Below the pieces are notes generated by a model that ran no database searches, was not told the origin of the DNA, and saw only the letters and a list, made by a program, of their open reading frames with translations. Source: Mycobacterium sp. (lineage in GTDB: Bacteria; Actinomycetota; Actinomycetes; Mycobacteriales; Mycobacteriaceae). Taken from it: a stretch of 64,000 nt of DNA. Below, in pieces: positions 10,787 through 22,344 of this stretch (within the stretch, counting starts at the first letter, position 1; each line of letters starts with the position of its first letter). A program made the translations under genes and the position numbers. The stretch spans positions 1,309-65,308 of the forward strand of contig DATBFF010000222.1 in assembly GCA_036558625.1 (NCBI GenBank), read 5' to 3'.

Positions 10787-12529
10787 GTGATCACCCGTAT
10801 GTCCGAGCTGTTCCTGCGCACGCTGCGCGAGGACCCGGCCGATGCCGAGGTGGCCAGCCACAAGCTGCTGATCCGCGCCGGCTACATTCGGCCCGTCGGC
10901 CCAGGCTTGTACACATGGCTGCCGCTGGGCCTGCGGGTGCTGCGCAACATCGAGCGAATCATCCGCGACGAGATGAATGCGATTGGCGGCCAAGAGATCC
11001 TGTTTCCGGCGCTGCTGCCGCGGGCCCCGTACGAGACGACGAACCGTTGGACGGAGTACGGTGACGCGGTTTTCCGGCTGCGCGACCGCCGCGACAACGA
11101 CTATCTGCTCGGCCCCACCCACGAGGAGCTGTTCACGCTCACGGTGAAGGGAGAGTACAGCTCCTACAAGGATTTTCCGCTTCTGCTGTACCAAATCCAG
11201 ACGAAATACCGCGACGAGGCACGGCCCCGCGCAGGCATTCTGCGTGGCCGCGAATTCGTGATGAAAGACTCCTATTCGTTCGACGTCGACGAAGCCGGGC
11301 TGAAGGACCACTACCACGCGCACCGCGAGGCGTACCAACGGATCTTCGACCGGATGGGTGTGCGATACGTGATCGTGTCCGCGGTGTCTGGAGCGATGGG
11401 CGGCAGCGCGTCAGAGGAGTTCCTCGCCGAAAGCCCTATCGGGGAAGACACTTTCGTGCGGTGCTTGCAGTCGGGTTATGCGGCCAACGTTGAGGCCGTG
11501 CTCACCGCGCGTCCCGATCCGCGACCCTTCGACGGGCTGCCTGAGCCTGTCGTGCACGACACTCCGGACACACCGACGATTGCCACGCTCGTCGACTGGG
11601 CCAACAGCGCATTGGACCGATCCGTCACTGCAGCAGACACGCTGAAGAACGTCGTGATCAAGTTCCGTCGGCCCGGCGGTGAGTGGGAGTTGTTGGCCGT
11701 CGGTGTGCCGGGTGACCGCGAGATCGACGACAAGCGGTTGGGCGCTGCGTTGGAGCCCGCTGAGTATGCGCTTCTGGGTGACGAGGACTTCGCCAAGTAT
11801 CCATTCTTGGCGAAGGGGTATATCGGACCGAAGGCATTGACCGAGAACAACGTTCGCTATCTCGTCGATCCGCGTATCGTCGACGGGACCAGTTGGATCA
11901 CTGGTGCGGACGAGCCGGGCCGCCACGTCGTCGGGTTGGTGGCCGGACGAGATTTCGTGGCCGACGGCACCATCGAGGCCGCGGAAGTGCGCGACGGCGA
12001 CATGTCGCCGGACGGCGCGGGTCCGCTGGTATCGGCGCGGGGCATCGAGATTGGCCACATCTTTCAGCTCGGCCGAAAGTACACCGACGCTTTTTCGGTC
12101 GACGTGCTCGGCGAAGACGGCAAGCCTGTGCGACTCATCATGGGCTCCTACGGGATTGGAGTCTCACGGCTGGTCGCTGTGATCGCCGAGCAGCACCACG
12201 ACGACATCGGGCTGCGGTGGCCGACGTCGGTGTCGCCGTTCGGCGTTCACCTGGTGATCGCGAACAAAGACGCGGCCGCTCGCGACGGTGCGACCGAACT
12301 GGCCCGCGAGCTGGACCGGCTAGGCGCCGACGTGCTGCTCGATGACCGCCAGGCGTCACCCGGCGTGAAATTCAAGGACGCAGAGTTGGTGGGCGTGCCG
12401 TGGATCGTGGTGGTCGGCCGCGGCTGGGCCGACGGGATCGTCGAATTGCGCAACCGGTTCAGCGGCGAAACGCAGGAAGTTCGCGTTGACGTCGCGGCCA
12501 CCGAGATCGCCGCTGCGATCACGCGCTGA
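10787..12529 (+). CDS. proS: Proline--tRNA ligase
   Basis: [42 protein letters not shown]-type motif 2 ([17 protein letters not shown]), GSYGIGVSR. Confidence 0.97.
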   Translation: MITRMSELFLRTLREDPADAEVASHKLLIRAGYIRPVGPGLYTWLPLGLRVLRNIERIIRDEMNAIGGQEILFPALLPRAPYETTNRWTEYGDAVFRLRDRRDNDYLLGPTHEELFTLTVKGEYSSYKDFPLLLYQIQTKYRDEARPRAGILRGREFVMKDSYSFDVDEAGLKDHYHAHREAYQRIFDRMGVRYVIVSAVSGAMGGSASEEFLAESPIGEDTFVRCLQSGYAANVEAVLTARPDPRPFDGLPEPVVHDTPDTPTIATLVDWANSALDRSVTAADTLKNVVIKFRRPGGEWELLAVGVPGDREIDDKRLGAALEPAEYALLGDEDFAKYPFLAKGYIGPKALTENNVRYLVDPRIVDGTSWITGADEPGRHVVGLVAGRDFVADGTIEAAEVRDGDMSPDGAGPLVSARGIEIGHIFQLGRKYTDAFSVDVLGEDGKPVRLIMGSYGIGVSRLVAVIAEQHHDDIGLRWPTSVSPFGVHLVIANKDAAARDGATELARELDRLGADVLLDDRQASPGVKFKDAELVGVPWIVVVGRGWADGIVELRNRFSGETQEVRVDVAATEIAAAITR

Positions 12530-12532
12530 CGG

Positions 12533-13003
12533 CTACTCGGCGCCGCCGGGAAACGGCCGTGTCATCGGCCACTCGCCCAGCACATGGCGCCATCGGGCTG
12601 CCCAGGTCGCGCATTGGGTCAAAGAGGTAATCGCGGAGGACCGATCCGTCGGCGAATCTGCCTGCTCCAGCACCGCACGCCAGGCCACGGCGTCGTCGTC
12701 TTCCATCCGGACGGCAAGCGTCGCGGCGTCGTGGACGTTGTTGACCGCGATCGGCAGCTGGTAGGCGACCGCGGCGGTCGGCGCAGCCACTCCGCGCGAC
12801 GACAGTGTTTGGATGGCCGCGTCCCGGCGGGCGCGGTGCTGCGCGAGGGCGTCCGACACCAAGTCGTTGAGGTCCGGTGTGGAGTGCGCCGAGACGAAGC
12901 CGTAGCCGTAGATCGTGGCGTGCTCGGCGGCGATCGCATCCGCCAGCGCTTTGTCGGCGGCCGACTTTGGCTGCTTCGTGTCAGTGGGGTGAGGCGACGT
13001 CAC
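12533..13003 (-). CDS. Ferritin-like domain protein (DUF4439, Rv2844-like)
   Basis: ALADAIAAEHATIYGYG...AYQLP...AVRMEDDDAVAWRAVLE; GTGA-coupled to the upstream gene. Confidence 0.8.
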   Translation of the reverse strand: MTSPHPTDTKQPKSAADKALADAIAAEHATIYGYGFVSAHSTPDLNDLVSDALAQHRARRDAAIQTLSSRGVAAPTAAVAYQLPIAVNNVHDAATLAVRMEDDDAVAWRAVLEQADSPTDRSSAITSLTQCATWAARWRHVLGEWPMTRPFPGGAE

Positions 13004-13530
13004 TGCGCGGGCTCCTTCAGCGCCAACGGGACCACGGCCGACGTAGCGCACGACGCGGCGATGGAGCCGAGCAGGCCGGCGCGGTATCCGGACACGTTCG
13101 CGGCGAGTTTGGCTGCGCTGTCGGCAGACTCGCGCAGCGCGGCGATGACGTCGCCGCGCGACGGCGGCGGTGACGCAGCAGAGGTGGCCGTGGGAGCCGA
13201 CGGCGGCGGGGTAGTGGCCCCGGCGACGCGGGAGATCTCCTTGGACAGTGCTTTGGCGTGCGCGTCGCGCTCGTTGGCGACCACGTTGAGTAGCGGGGCA
13301 TAGAACACGCCCGCGGCACCCGCTGCCGCACGGGCCATTTGGCTGTCGCGATGAGCCATGTCGAGCTGCGTCATCAGCTCCTCGTCGTGCTGCGTCTCTT
13401 GCGAGCCGCAGCCGGACCCGGTCGCGGCGGCAGCGGTCAGCACGGCTGCACCCACGAGCACGCGGCGCCGGCTGATGCGACGTGCGGCTTCCGACGAGCG
13501 CTCGCGCGGCGAGAAAACAGCCCGAGGCAT
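13000..13530 (-). CDS. Tat-signal lipoprotein-like protein (Rv2843-like)
   Basis: ISRRRVLVGAAVLTAAAATGSGC signal, Ala-rich body, C-terminal AGLLGSIAASC. Confidence 0.72.
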   Translation of the reverse strand: MPRAVFSPRERSSEAARRISRRRVLVGAAVLTAAAATGSGCGSQETQHDEELMTQLDMAHRDSQMARAAAGAAGVFYAPLLNVVANERDAHAKALSKEISRVAGATTPPPSAPTATSAASPPPSRGDVIAALRESADSAAKLAANVSGYRAGLLGSIAASCATSAVVPLALKEPAQ

Positions 13531-13683
13531 GAAACGACATATTGCCATCCGCACTCGATCGCGGACGAGCAGCCGCGATGCTCCCTGCTCGATAGCCGTG
13601 TCAAAAGCCGCTCCTGGCGTATCGTTGTTGCTGGTTCCGCCTAGCGGAGCTCGAGCCGAACAACTCAAGATGAGGAGCTCGCC

Positions 13684-14199
13684 GTGGCCACCGGGCTGCC
13701 GTCGCAAGAACAGGTGATCGAGCTACTCGATAACGAGTTCGTGCGCGCAGGCTATGAGATCGAGGACGTGGTCGTCGACGCGAGGGCTCGTCCGCCCCGC
13801 ATCACCGTGATCGCCGACGGCGACGCACCGCTGGACCTCGACACCATCGCGACGTTGTCACGGCGCGCGTCGGCACTGCTCGACGACTTGGACGACACGG
13901 TCGCCGGCCGCTATCTGCTCGAGGTCAGCTCCCCCGGTGTCGACCGACCGTTGACCACCGACAAGCACTTTCGTCGGGCGCACGGCCGCAAGGCGGAACT
14001 GACGCTGGCCGACGGGTCGTCGGTCACCGGGCGCATCGGCGACATCCACGACGCCCGGTTGCGCCTGGTAATCCGCGCCGACAGCCGCGACTGGGCGGTG
14101 CGTGAAATTCCGCTCGACAACATCGTGAAAGCCGTTGTGCAGGTGGAGTTTTCGGCCCCGAATCCGCGGGAGCTCGAACTCGCGGGGGTCCGCCCATGA
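13684..14199 (+). CDS. rimP: Ribosome maturation factor RimP
   Basis: [14 protein letters not shown] motif; precedes nusA. Confidence 0.93.
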   Translation: MATGLPSQEQVIELLDNEFVRAGYEIEDVVVDARARPPRITVIADGDAPLDLDTIATLSRRASALLDDLDDTVAGRYLLEVSSPGVDRPLTTDKHFRRAHGRKAELTLADGSSVTGRIGDIHDARLRLVIRADSRDWAVREIPLDNIVKAVVQVEFSAPNPRELELAGVRP

Positions 14200-15206
14200 A
14201 CATCGACATGGCGGCCCTGCACGCGATCGAAGTCGACCGCGGGATGTCCGTCGGCGAACTGCTCGAAACCATCAAGTCGGCGCTGCTCACCGCATACCGC
14301 CACACCCAGGGCCACCAGCCCGACGCCCGCATCGAAATCGACCGCAAGACCGGAGAGGTCACGGTCATTGCCCGCGAAGTCGACGAAGACGGCAACGTCA
14401 TCAGCGAATGGGATGACACCCCAGAGGGGTTCGGCCGCGTCGCGGCCACCACCGCCCGCCAGGTCATGCTGCAACGCCTTCGCGACGCCGAAAACGAGAA
14501 GACCTACGGAGAGTTCTCCGCACGCGAGGGCGACATCGTCGCCGGAGTCATCCAGCGCGACGCTCGTGCGAACGCCCGCGGACTCGTGGTCGTGCGGATG
14601 GGCAGTGAGACGAAGGGATCCGAGGGAGTGATCCCGACGGCCGAGCAGGTACCCGGCGAACGCTACGAACACGGCGACCGGCTGCGCTGCTACGTCGTCG
14701 GGGTCAGCCGCGGCTCCCGTGAACCGCTGATCACGCTGTCGCGCACCCATCCGAACCTGGTGCGCAAGCTGTTCTCTCTGGAAGTGCCCGAGATCGCCGA
14801 CGCCTCGGTGGAGATCGTCGCGGTCGCCCGTGAGGCCGGGCACCGCTCCAAGATCGCGGTGCGCTCACGAATTCCCGGGCTGAATGCGAAGGGCGCCTGC
14901 ATCGGGCCGATGGGGCAGCGGGTACGCAACGTGATGAGCGAACTCTCCGGCGAAAAGATCGACATCATCGACTACGACGAAGACCCGGCACGATTCGTCG
15001 CCAACGCGCTCTCGCCCGCTAAGGTGGTGTCGGTGTCGGTCGTCGATGCCAACGCGCGCGCCGCACGCGTCGTCGTCCCTGACTTCCAGCTGTCGCTCGC
15101 GATCGGCAAGGAAGGACAAAACGCCAGGTTGGCGGCTCGTTTGACCGGCTGGCGCATCGACATCCGCAGCGACAACGAGGCTCCGCAGAGCCAGCCTGCG
15201 CCTTAG
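14196..15206 (+). CDS. nusA: Transcription termination factor NusA
   Basis: [60 protein letters not shown]. Confidence 0.97.
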   Translation: MNIDMAALHAIEVDRGMSVGELLETIKSALLTAYRHTQGHQPDARIEIDRKTGEVTVIAREVDEDGNVISEWDDTPEGFGRVAATTARQVMLQRLRDAENEKTYGEFSAREGDIVAGVIQRDARANARGLVVVRMGSETKGSEGVIPTAEQVPGERYEHGDRLRCYVVGVSRGSREPLITLSRTHPNLVRKLFSLEVPEIADASVEIVAVAREAGHRSKIAVRSRIPGLNAKGACIGPMGQRVRNVMSELSGEKIDIIDYDEDPARFVANALSPAKVVSVSVVDANARAARVVVPDFQLSLAIGKEGQNARLAARLTGWRIDIRSDNEAPQSQPAP

Positions 15207-15218
15207 GTAGACTGACGC

Positions 15219-15569
15219 GTGATCCAGCGCGAGACTTCGGCTCCCGGGACGGGGCCGGTGCGGACCTGTATCGGGTGCCGAAGACGAGAGCTGGCCGACG
15301 GACTGCTTCGCGTGGTTGCTGTGTCGATAGGGAATGGCGAGTTCGCCGCGACCGTTGATACCGCAGGCAAATTGCCGGGGCGGGGTGCCTGGTTGCACCC
15401 CAACCAGCAGTGTCTTCGCGCAGCTATCCGGCGGCGAGTTTTCGGCCGAGCGTTGCGCATCACCGGTTCACCGGACACATCCGCGGCCGTCGAGCACATC
15501 AGGAGGCTCGAGGCCGCGGCCAGAGAACAGGCAACAGAACAGGTAGCGAAGAACATGAGCACACCGTGA
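15219..15569 (+). CDS. ylxR: YlxR family RNA-binding protein (Rv2840c-like)
   Basis: PVRTCIGCR and GRGAWL motifs; lies between nusA and infB. Confidence 0.85.
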   Translation: MIQRETSAPGTGPVRTCIGCRRRELADGLLRVVAVSIGNGEFAATVDTAGKLPGRGAWLHPNQQCLRAAIRRRVFGRALRITGSPDTSAAVEHIRRLEAAAREQATEQVAKNMSTP

Positions 15570-15644
15570 AGTCCCGATGACCATGTGTCATAGCTAAACC
15601 CGGGGCGCCGGCCTACCACCGTCGCCTCGAGAGATGGAGAGGTA

Positions 15645-18293
15645 GTGGCAGGTAAGGCCCGTGTGCACGAGTTGGCCAAGGAACTCGGTGTCACCAGTAA
15701 AGAAGTCCTCGCCCGGCTGAGCGAGCAGGGCGAATTCGTCAAGTCGGCCTCGTCGACCGTGGAGGCCCCGGTCGCGAGGCGGCTACGGGAATCCTTCGGC
15801 GGCGGCAAGTCCGTGCAGGCCCCGGCAGGCAATGGCAAGGCGGCGAAATCCGACGGCGCCGCGCCGGCGAAGGCTGCGAAGGCGGCCGCCGCGCCGGCTC
15901 CTGCCGCACCTGCTGCGCCAGCCCCCGCGCCCGCAGCCCAGGCCCCGGCCCCTGCCGCGAGTGCGCCCCCCGCACCGAGCCCGGCGCCGCCCGCCCCGGC
16001 TGGCCCGCGTCCGGGGCCACGGCCCGGACCGCGCACCCCGCGCGTCGGCAACAACCCGTTCTCCACGGCGCAACCGATCGACCGCCCGATTCCGCGCCCA
16101 CAGGCGCCGCGGCCCGGAATGCCGCGGCCCGGTGCGCGGCCAGGCGCGTCACCCGGCAACATGCCGCCTCGTCCCGCCGGCGGTGTCGGCGGACGGCCCG
16201 GCGGCCCGCGTCCCGGTCCCGGTGGCCGTGGCGCCGGTGCCCCGGCGGGCGGCCGCGGAGGCCCCGGCGGCGGCAACTATCGCGGCGGCGGACCCGGCGG
16301 TGGCGGCCCTGGCGGCGGCGGCGGCGGGTTCCGAGGTCGTCCCGGCGGCGGCGGTCGCCCCGGCCAGCGAGGCGGAGCGGCCGGCGCGTTCGGCCGTCCC
16401 GGCGGCGCACCACGGCGCGGCCGCAAGTCCAAGCGGCAGAAGCGCCAGGAATACGACTCGATGCAGGCACCGGTTGTCGGCGGTGTGCGGTTGCCGCATG
16501 GCAACGGCGAGACCATCCGGCTGGCTCGCGGAGCTTCTTTGAGCGACTTCGCCGAGAAGATCGACGCAAACCCGGCCGCCCTGGTGCAGGCACTGTTCAA
16601 CCTCGGCGAGATGGTGACGGCCACCCAGTCCGTCGGCGACGACACGCTCGAACTGCTGGGCGGCGAGATGAACTACAAGGTCCAAGTCGTCTCCCCAGAG
16701 GACGAGGACCGCGAGCTGCTGGAGTCTTTCGACCTGACCTACGGCGAGGACGAAGGCGGCGAGGAGGATCTCCAGACCCGCCCGCCGGTGGTGACCGTGA
16801 TGGGTCACGTCGACCACGGCAAGACGCGACTGCTGGACACGATCCGCCAGGCCAACGTCCGGGAGGAAGAGGCCGGCGGGATCACCCAGCACATCGGCGC
16901 CTACCAGGTCGGCGTCGACCTCGACGGCACCGAACGGCTGATCACGTTCATCGACACCCCGGGCCACGAAGCGTTCACCGCGATGCGTGCCCGTGGTGCG
17001 AAGGCCACCGACATCGCCATCCTGGTGGTGGCCGCCGACGACGGTGTGATGCCGCAGACGGTCGAGGCCGTCAACCATGCGCAGGCGGCGGATGTGCCAA
17101 TTGTGGTGGCGGTCAACAAGATCGATAAGGAAGGCGCCGACCCGGCCAAGATCCGCGGGCAGCTGACCGAATACGGTTTGGTGCCCGAGGAGTTCGGCGG
17201 CGACACGATGGTCGTCGACATCTCGGCCAAGCAGGGGACCAACATCGAGTCGCTGCTCGAAGCCGTTGTGTTGACCGCGGACGCCGCGCTGGACCTGCGG
17301 GCGAACCCCGACATGGAGGCCCAGGGTGTGGCGATCGAGGCGCATTTGGACCGCGGCCGCGGTCCGGTGGCCACCGTGCTGATTCAGCGCGGCTCGCTGC
17401 ACGTCGGCGACTCCGTGGTGGCCGGCGACGCGTATGGCCGGGTGCGCCGCATGGTCGACGAGCACGGCGAGGACGTCGACGCGGCGCTTCCGTCGCGCCC
17501 GGTGCAGGTCATCGGATTCACGTCGGTGCCGGGCGCCGGTGACAACTTCCTCGTCGTCGACGAGGACCGCATCGCGCGTCAGATCGCCGACCGGCGCAGC
17601 GCGCGCAAACGCAACGCGATGGCGGCCCGCACCCGCAAGCGGATCAGCCTGGAGGATCTGGATTCGGCGCTGAAGGAAACCAGCCAGCTGAACCTGATCC
17701 TCAAGGGCGACAACGCCGGCACCGTCGAGGCGCTGGAAGAGGCGCTGCTCGGCATCCAGATCGACGACGAGGTGGAGCTGCGCGTCATCGACCGCGGGGT
17801 CGGCGGCATCACGGAGACCAACGTCAACCTGGCGTCGGCGTCGGACGCGATCATCATCGGGTTCAACGTCCGTGCCGAGGGCAAGGCGACCGAGCTGGCC
17901 AACCGCGACGGCGTCGAGATCCGCTACTACTCGGTGATCTACCAGGCCATCGACGACATCGAGAGCGCGCTGAAGGGCATGCTCAAGCCGGTCTACGAGG
18001 AACGCGAGCTGGGCCGCGCCGAGGTGCGCGCACTGTTCCGCTCGTCGAAGGTCGGCCTCATCGCCGGCTGCCTGGTCACTTCCGGGGTCATCCGGCGCAA
18101 TGCGAAGGCCCGGTTGTTGCGCGACTCCGTGGTGGTCTCGGAGAACATGACCGTGCAGTCGCTGCGCCGGGAGAAGGACGACGTCACCGAGGTCCGCGAC
18201 GGGTTCGAGTGCGGCTTGACGCTGTCCTACAACGACCTCAAGGAAGGCGACGTCATCGAGACCTACGAGCTGGTCGAGAAGGAACGGACGTAG
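15645..18293 (+). CDS. infB: Translation initiation factor IF-2
   Basis: [35 protein letters not shown]; Pro/Gly-rich linker typical of actinobacterial IF-2. Confidence 0.98.
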   Translation: MAGKARVHELAKELGVTSKEVLARLSEQGEFVKSASSTVEAPVARRLRESFGGGKSVQAPAGNGKAAKSDGAAPAKAAKAAAAPAPAAPAAPAPAPAAQAPAPAASAPPAPSPAPPAPAGPRPGPRPGPRTPRVGNNPFSTAQPIDRPIPRPQAPRPGMPRPGARPGASPGNMPPRPAGGVGGRPGGPRPGPGGRGAGAPAGGRGGPGGGNYRGGGPGGGGPGGGGGGFRGRPGGGGRPGQRGGAAGAFGRPGGAPRRGRKSKRQKRQEYDSMQAPVVGGVRLPHGNGETIRLARGASLSDFAEKIDANPAALVQALFNLGEMVTATQSVGDDTLELLGGEMNYKVQVVSPEDEDRELLESFDLTYGEDEGGEEDLQTRPPVVTVMGHVDHGKTRLLDTIRQANVREEEAGGITQHIGAYQVGVDLDGTERLITFIDTPGHEAFTAMRARGAKATDIAILVVAADDGVMPQTVEAVNHAQAADVPIVVAVNKIDKEGADPAKIRGQLTEYGLVPEEFGGDTMVVDISAKQGTNIESLLEAVVLTADAALDLRANPDMEAQGVAIEAHLDRGRGPVATVLIQRGSLHVGDSVVAGDAYGRVRRMVDEHGEDVDAALPSRPVQVIGFTSVPGAGDNFLVVDEDRIARQIADRRSARKRNAMAARTRKRISLEDLDSALKETSQLNLILKGDNAGTVEALEEALLGIQIDDEVELRVIDRGVGGITETNVNLASASDAIIIGFNVRAEGKATELANRDGVEIRYYSVIYQAIDDIESALKGMLKPVYEERELGRAEVRALFRSSKVGLIAGCLVTSGVIRRNAKARLLRDSVVVSENMTVQSLRREKDDVTEVRDGFECGLTLSYNDLKEGDVIETYELVEKERT

Positions 18294-18324
18294 TGGCCGA
18301 TGAGCGCTCGCGCGAAGAGCAGAC

Positions 18325-18328
<4 letters not shown>
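18293..18328 (+). repeat. GATGAGC..GCGAAGA element forming the 11-codon mini-[14 protein letters not shown] between infB and rbfA
   Basis: GTG shares a base with the infB TAG; its TGA (18326-18328) overlaps the rbfA ATG (18325). Confidence 0.8.
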
Positions 18329-19759
<1,431 letters not shown>

Positions 19760-19987
19760 GCCGGGCTTGCTGCCCGAATGTGCGGTTTCATACGAGACAC
19801 CCCGTGGCGGCCGTATGAATCCGCGCTCGCAGGGCATATGCCGTCCATTTCGAAACGGTGCTGCCGCGGTGGCCGCGTCCTGTCGCATGGCATGACTAGC
19901 AACTCACGGCCCCTACCATCAGTGCCGCAGGACAGTGCCGTTCGGGGTGAGCAAAGCGGAAGTCCAAGATCGCAACTGCCCGTGACG

Positions 19988-20038
19988 AAGTAGTACTGCT
20001 CGCAAACCGGGCGAAATTGCAGTAGTGCGCTACTGAGT
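19988..20038. promoter_or_regulatory. Candidate operator: AAGTAGTACTGC...TTGCAGTAGTGCGCTACTGAGT upstream of the lipase
   Basis: Inverted repeat CAGTAG-N4-CTACTG at 20020-20035; near-identical copy at 22201-22251. Confidence 0.7.
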
Positions 20039-20131
20039 TTGTTCCGCCACACCGAAGCGACGATCTCATCGTGGCCTCGACACCGGACGTCTTGGCCATC
20101 GTTTCACTAGGGAATGGATGGAGAAACGACG

Positions 20132-22081
20132 ATGAACAACGCAAAGTACATCGGTCGGGTCGGGGCATTGGCGGTCGCGTTAGGGGTGGGGATCGCTGTC
20201 GTCAGTACGCCTGCAGTGGCATCGGCCGAGCCGTCGGATTCCGGCACGAGTTCGTCGTCTAGTTCGTCGTCTAGTTCCGGCTCGACGTCTTCTGATTCGT
20301 CGTCAACGACGTCGTCGACGTCAGCGGGTGACCTCCGCGGTCGCCATCGGACTTCCCTGAAACCGCCCGGTTCGATGGCGGTAAGCGGTTCCGGCGCCGC
20401 AACGAGCTCGTCGACGGCCGCGTCTGATCGGCAGTCCAGGCGGAGGGGTGCAAACGTGCCCGGAGTGACAGTCGAAACTGGCGGACTGCAAACCAGCTCA
20501 CCGACAGTGCCGTCTCCGTCGGCGCCGCGACCTGTGGGGGCCGATGCCGGTCCGAGGTCGCGAACAACAGCTGCCATGAGGCCAGCACGGCTCAGCACGG
20601 CCTCACCGGCGTCTGACTATTCGGCGGCGGAGGCTACCCCGGCCCGGACCGCAGTGAACGCACCCGCTGCCGACACCACGGCGCGGGCCAATAGTTTGGA
20701 CGCCCGCGTCTTTGCGGACGTGGTGCAACCATCGGCGTTAACGACTGCGCCGGTTGCGTCGACCCTCGGCGCTGCTACACCAACGGCGATATCAGTCCCC
20801 GACTCCGCATCGGTGGTGCAGCAGCCCGCGAACGCGGTCCGTGCTCCGGCATCCGCCAATATCGTGTCGACCCTTGTCAGCGCGGTGCTCTCGCCGTTTG
20901 CCAATAACGCGCCGTCGATGCCTGCGCAGCCGCCGACAGTGTGGACGCTGCTGGCCTTCGCGCGCCGCGAATTTGAGCAGGCATTATCCGTCCCATCGCC
21001 GATCGTCAAACCGCTCGCCGGTCAAATCTCCGGCGGGCTCGTCTCCGAAACCCCCACGCTCGACGGCCAGTCGATCGACACGGCAATCACCGGCAACATC
21101 GGTGCGTCCACCGCGGCCCTAGCGGACCTGACGGTAAACGCACAGCCTGCCGCCAGCGTGGCGCCGGCCACATTCACCGGTGAACCATCGGTCGTATCCC
21201 ATGTCTTCACCGGGGTCTTCCGGGTTGTGCACGCAGCCGGCGACTTCTTGGGTGTAGATCTACGAATCCCGCTACTAAAGCTGCTGTCGAGTGAGCGGCC
21301 GCCGTGGTTTACGACGCTGGGACTAAACGTGCAACGCGGCGAGTTCGAGGGGATGCCCGTCTGGACACTGCAGTCCCGCGGAGCGACGTCGGAAGAGACA
21401 GTCGTGGCCATTCACGGGGGCGCGTTCATTGTGCAGCCCACCATCTTTCATTGGCTCGATTACGCTGCCATCGCTCGCGACACCGGCGCCACGTTGATCG
21501 TGCCGCTGTACCCACTGGTGCCACAGGGAGGCACCGCCGGCACGGTCGTGCCCGCGATCGCGGACTTGATCTCCTCGCAGATTGACCAACGCGGGGCCGA
21601 GAACGTCAGTGTGTTCGGCGATTCCGCTGGCGGCAATATGGCGCTGGCGGCGGTGCAGGAATTGGTGCGCCGCGGTGGCCCCGCGCCGTCGCACATGGTG
21701 TTGATTTCACCGCCGGTCGACGCCACCCTGAGCAACCCGGCCATTCAATTTGTAGACGACCCCCTCTTTTCGGGTCTCCTCCCGACTCTCCACAATATCG
21801 CCCAACAATGGGCCGGCGACCTCGACATAACCGATCCGCTGGTCAGTCCCCTCTTCGGGTCACTGGCGGGGCTTCCGCCGACCGCGGTCTACTTCGGAAG
21901 CCTGGAAATCCTCGCGCCCGATGGGCTTGTCCTCCAAGAAAAGGCCTTAGCGACGCCGGGCGCCGATTTCACCTTCATCCTGCGCAAGGGTGAAATACAC
22001 GACTGGGCGAGCGTCACTCTTTTGCCCGAGACGCGAGCTGTTCTCCCAGACATTTACCGACAGCTAGGCATCTCTGCGTGA
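20132..22081 (+). CDS. Secreted HSL-family lipase/esterase with a long Ser/Ala/Pro-rich N-terminal region
   Basis: Signal MNNAKYIGRVGALAVALGVG..ASA; catalytic domain IHGGAF, FGDSAGG, GEIHDW. Alternative ATG at 20114. Confidence 0.85.
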   Translation: MNNAKYIGRVGALAVALGVGIAVVSTPAVASAEPSDSGTSSSSSSSSSSGSTSSDSSSTTSSTSAGDLRGRHRTSLKPPGSMAVSGSGAATSSSTAASDRQSRRRGANVPGVTVETGGLQTSSPTVPSPSAPRPVGADAGPRSRTTAAMRPARLSTASPASDYSAAEATPARTAVNAPAADTTARANSLDARVFADVVQPSALTTAPVASTLGAATPTAISVPDSASVVQQPANAVRAPASANIVSTLVSAVLSPFANNAPSMPAQPPTVWTLLAFARREFEQALSVPSPIVKPLAGQISGGLVSETPTLDGQSIDTAITGNIGASTAALADLTVNAQPAASVAPATFTGEPSVVSHVFTGVFRVVHAAGDFLGVDLRIPLLKLLSSERPPWFTTLGLNVQRGEFEGMPVWTLQSRGATSEETVVAIHGGAFIVQPTIFHWLDYAAIARDTGATLIVPLYPLVPQGGTAGTVVPAIADLISSQIDQRGAENVSVFGDSAGGNMALAAVQELVRRGGPAPSHMVLISPPVDATLSNPAIQFVDDPLFSGLLPTLHNIAQQWAGDLDITDPLVSPLFGSLAGLPPTAVYFGSLEILAPDGLVLQEKALATPGADFTFILRKGEIHDWASVTLLPETRAVLPDIYRQLGISA

Positions 22082-22154
22082 GTGAGTCGCGCACCGCACT
22101 CGCTACAGAACCTGCCCGTCGAACTGCACTGCGCGCCGCAAAAGCCACAGATCA
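22082..22154 (-). pseudogene. 5' remnant (zinc ribbon) of a third cyclase-ATPase gene
   Basis: Closely matches 27051-27123; translates as ICGFCGAQCSSTGRFCSECGARLT; no in-frame start and no cyclase domain follows. Confidence 0.8.
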
Positions 22155-22200
22155 CAAGCGTCCCATTTCGAAACGGTGCTCTCACCGTCGCCGCGCGACT

Positions 22201-22251
22201 AAGTAGTACTGCGCGGGAATCGGGCGAGGTTGCAGTAGTGCACTACTGAGT
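22201..22251. promoter_or_regulatory. Second copy of the candidate operator, upstream of the PE-PPE gene
   Basis: Perfect 16-bp palindrome CAGTAGTGCACTACTG at 22233-22248, preceded by AAGTAGTACTGC. Confidence 0.7.
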
Positions 22252-22344
22252 GTGCCGCACCGCCCGGCGGCGAGGATTCCGATAGCGGAAGGCCTAACCC
22301 ACGGTGGGCTTGTGTTCGCCGGGACGGAGAGACGGAGGCCGGCG

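Noticed and set aside
15830-16420. Pro/Ala/Gly-rich low-complexity repeats
   Set aside because: Normal actinobacterial IF-2 linker, not a separate repeat element or PE_PGRS gene.
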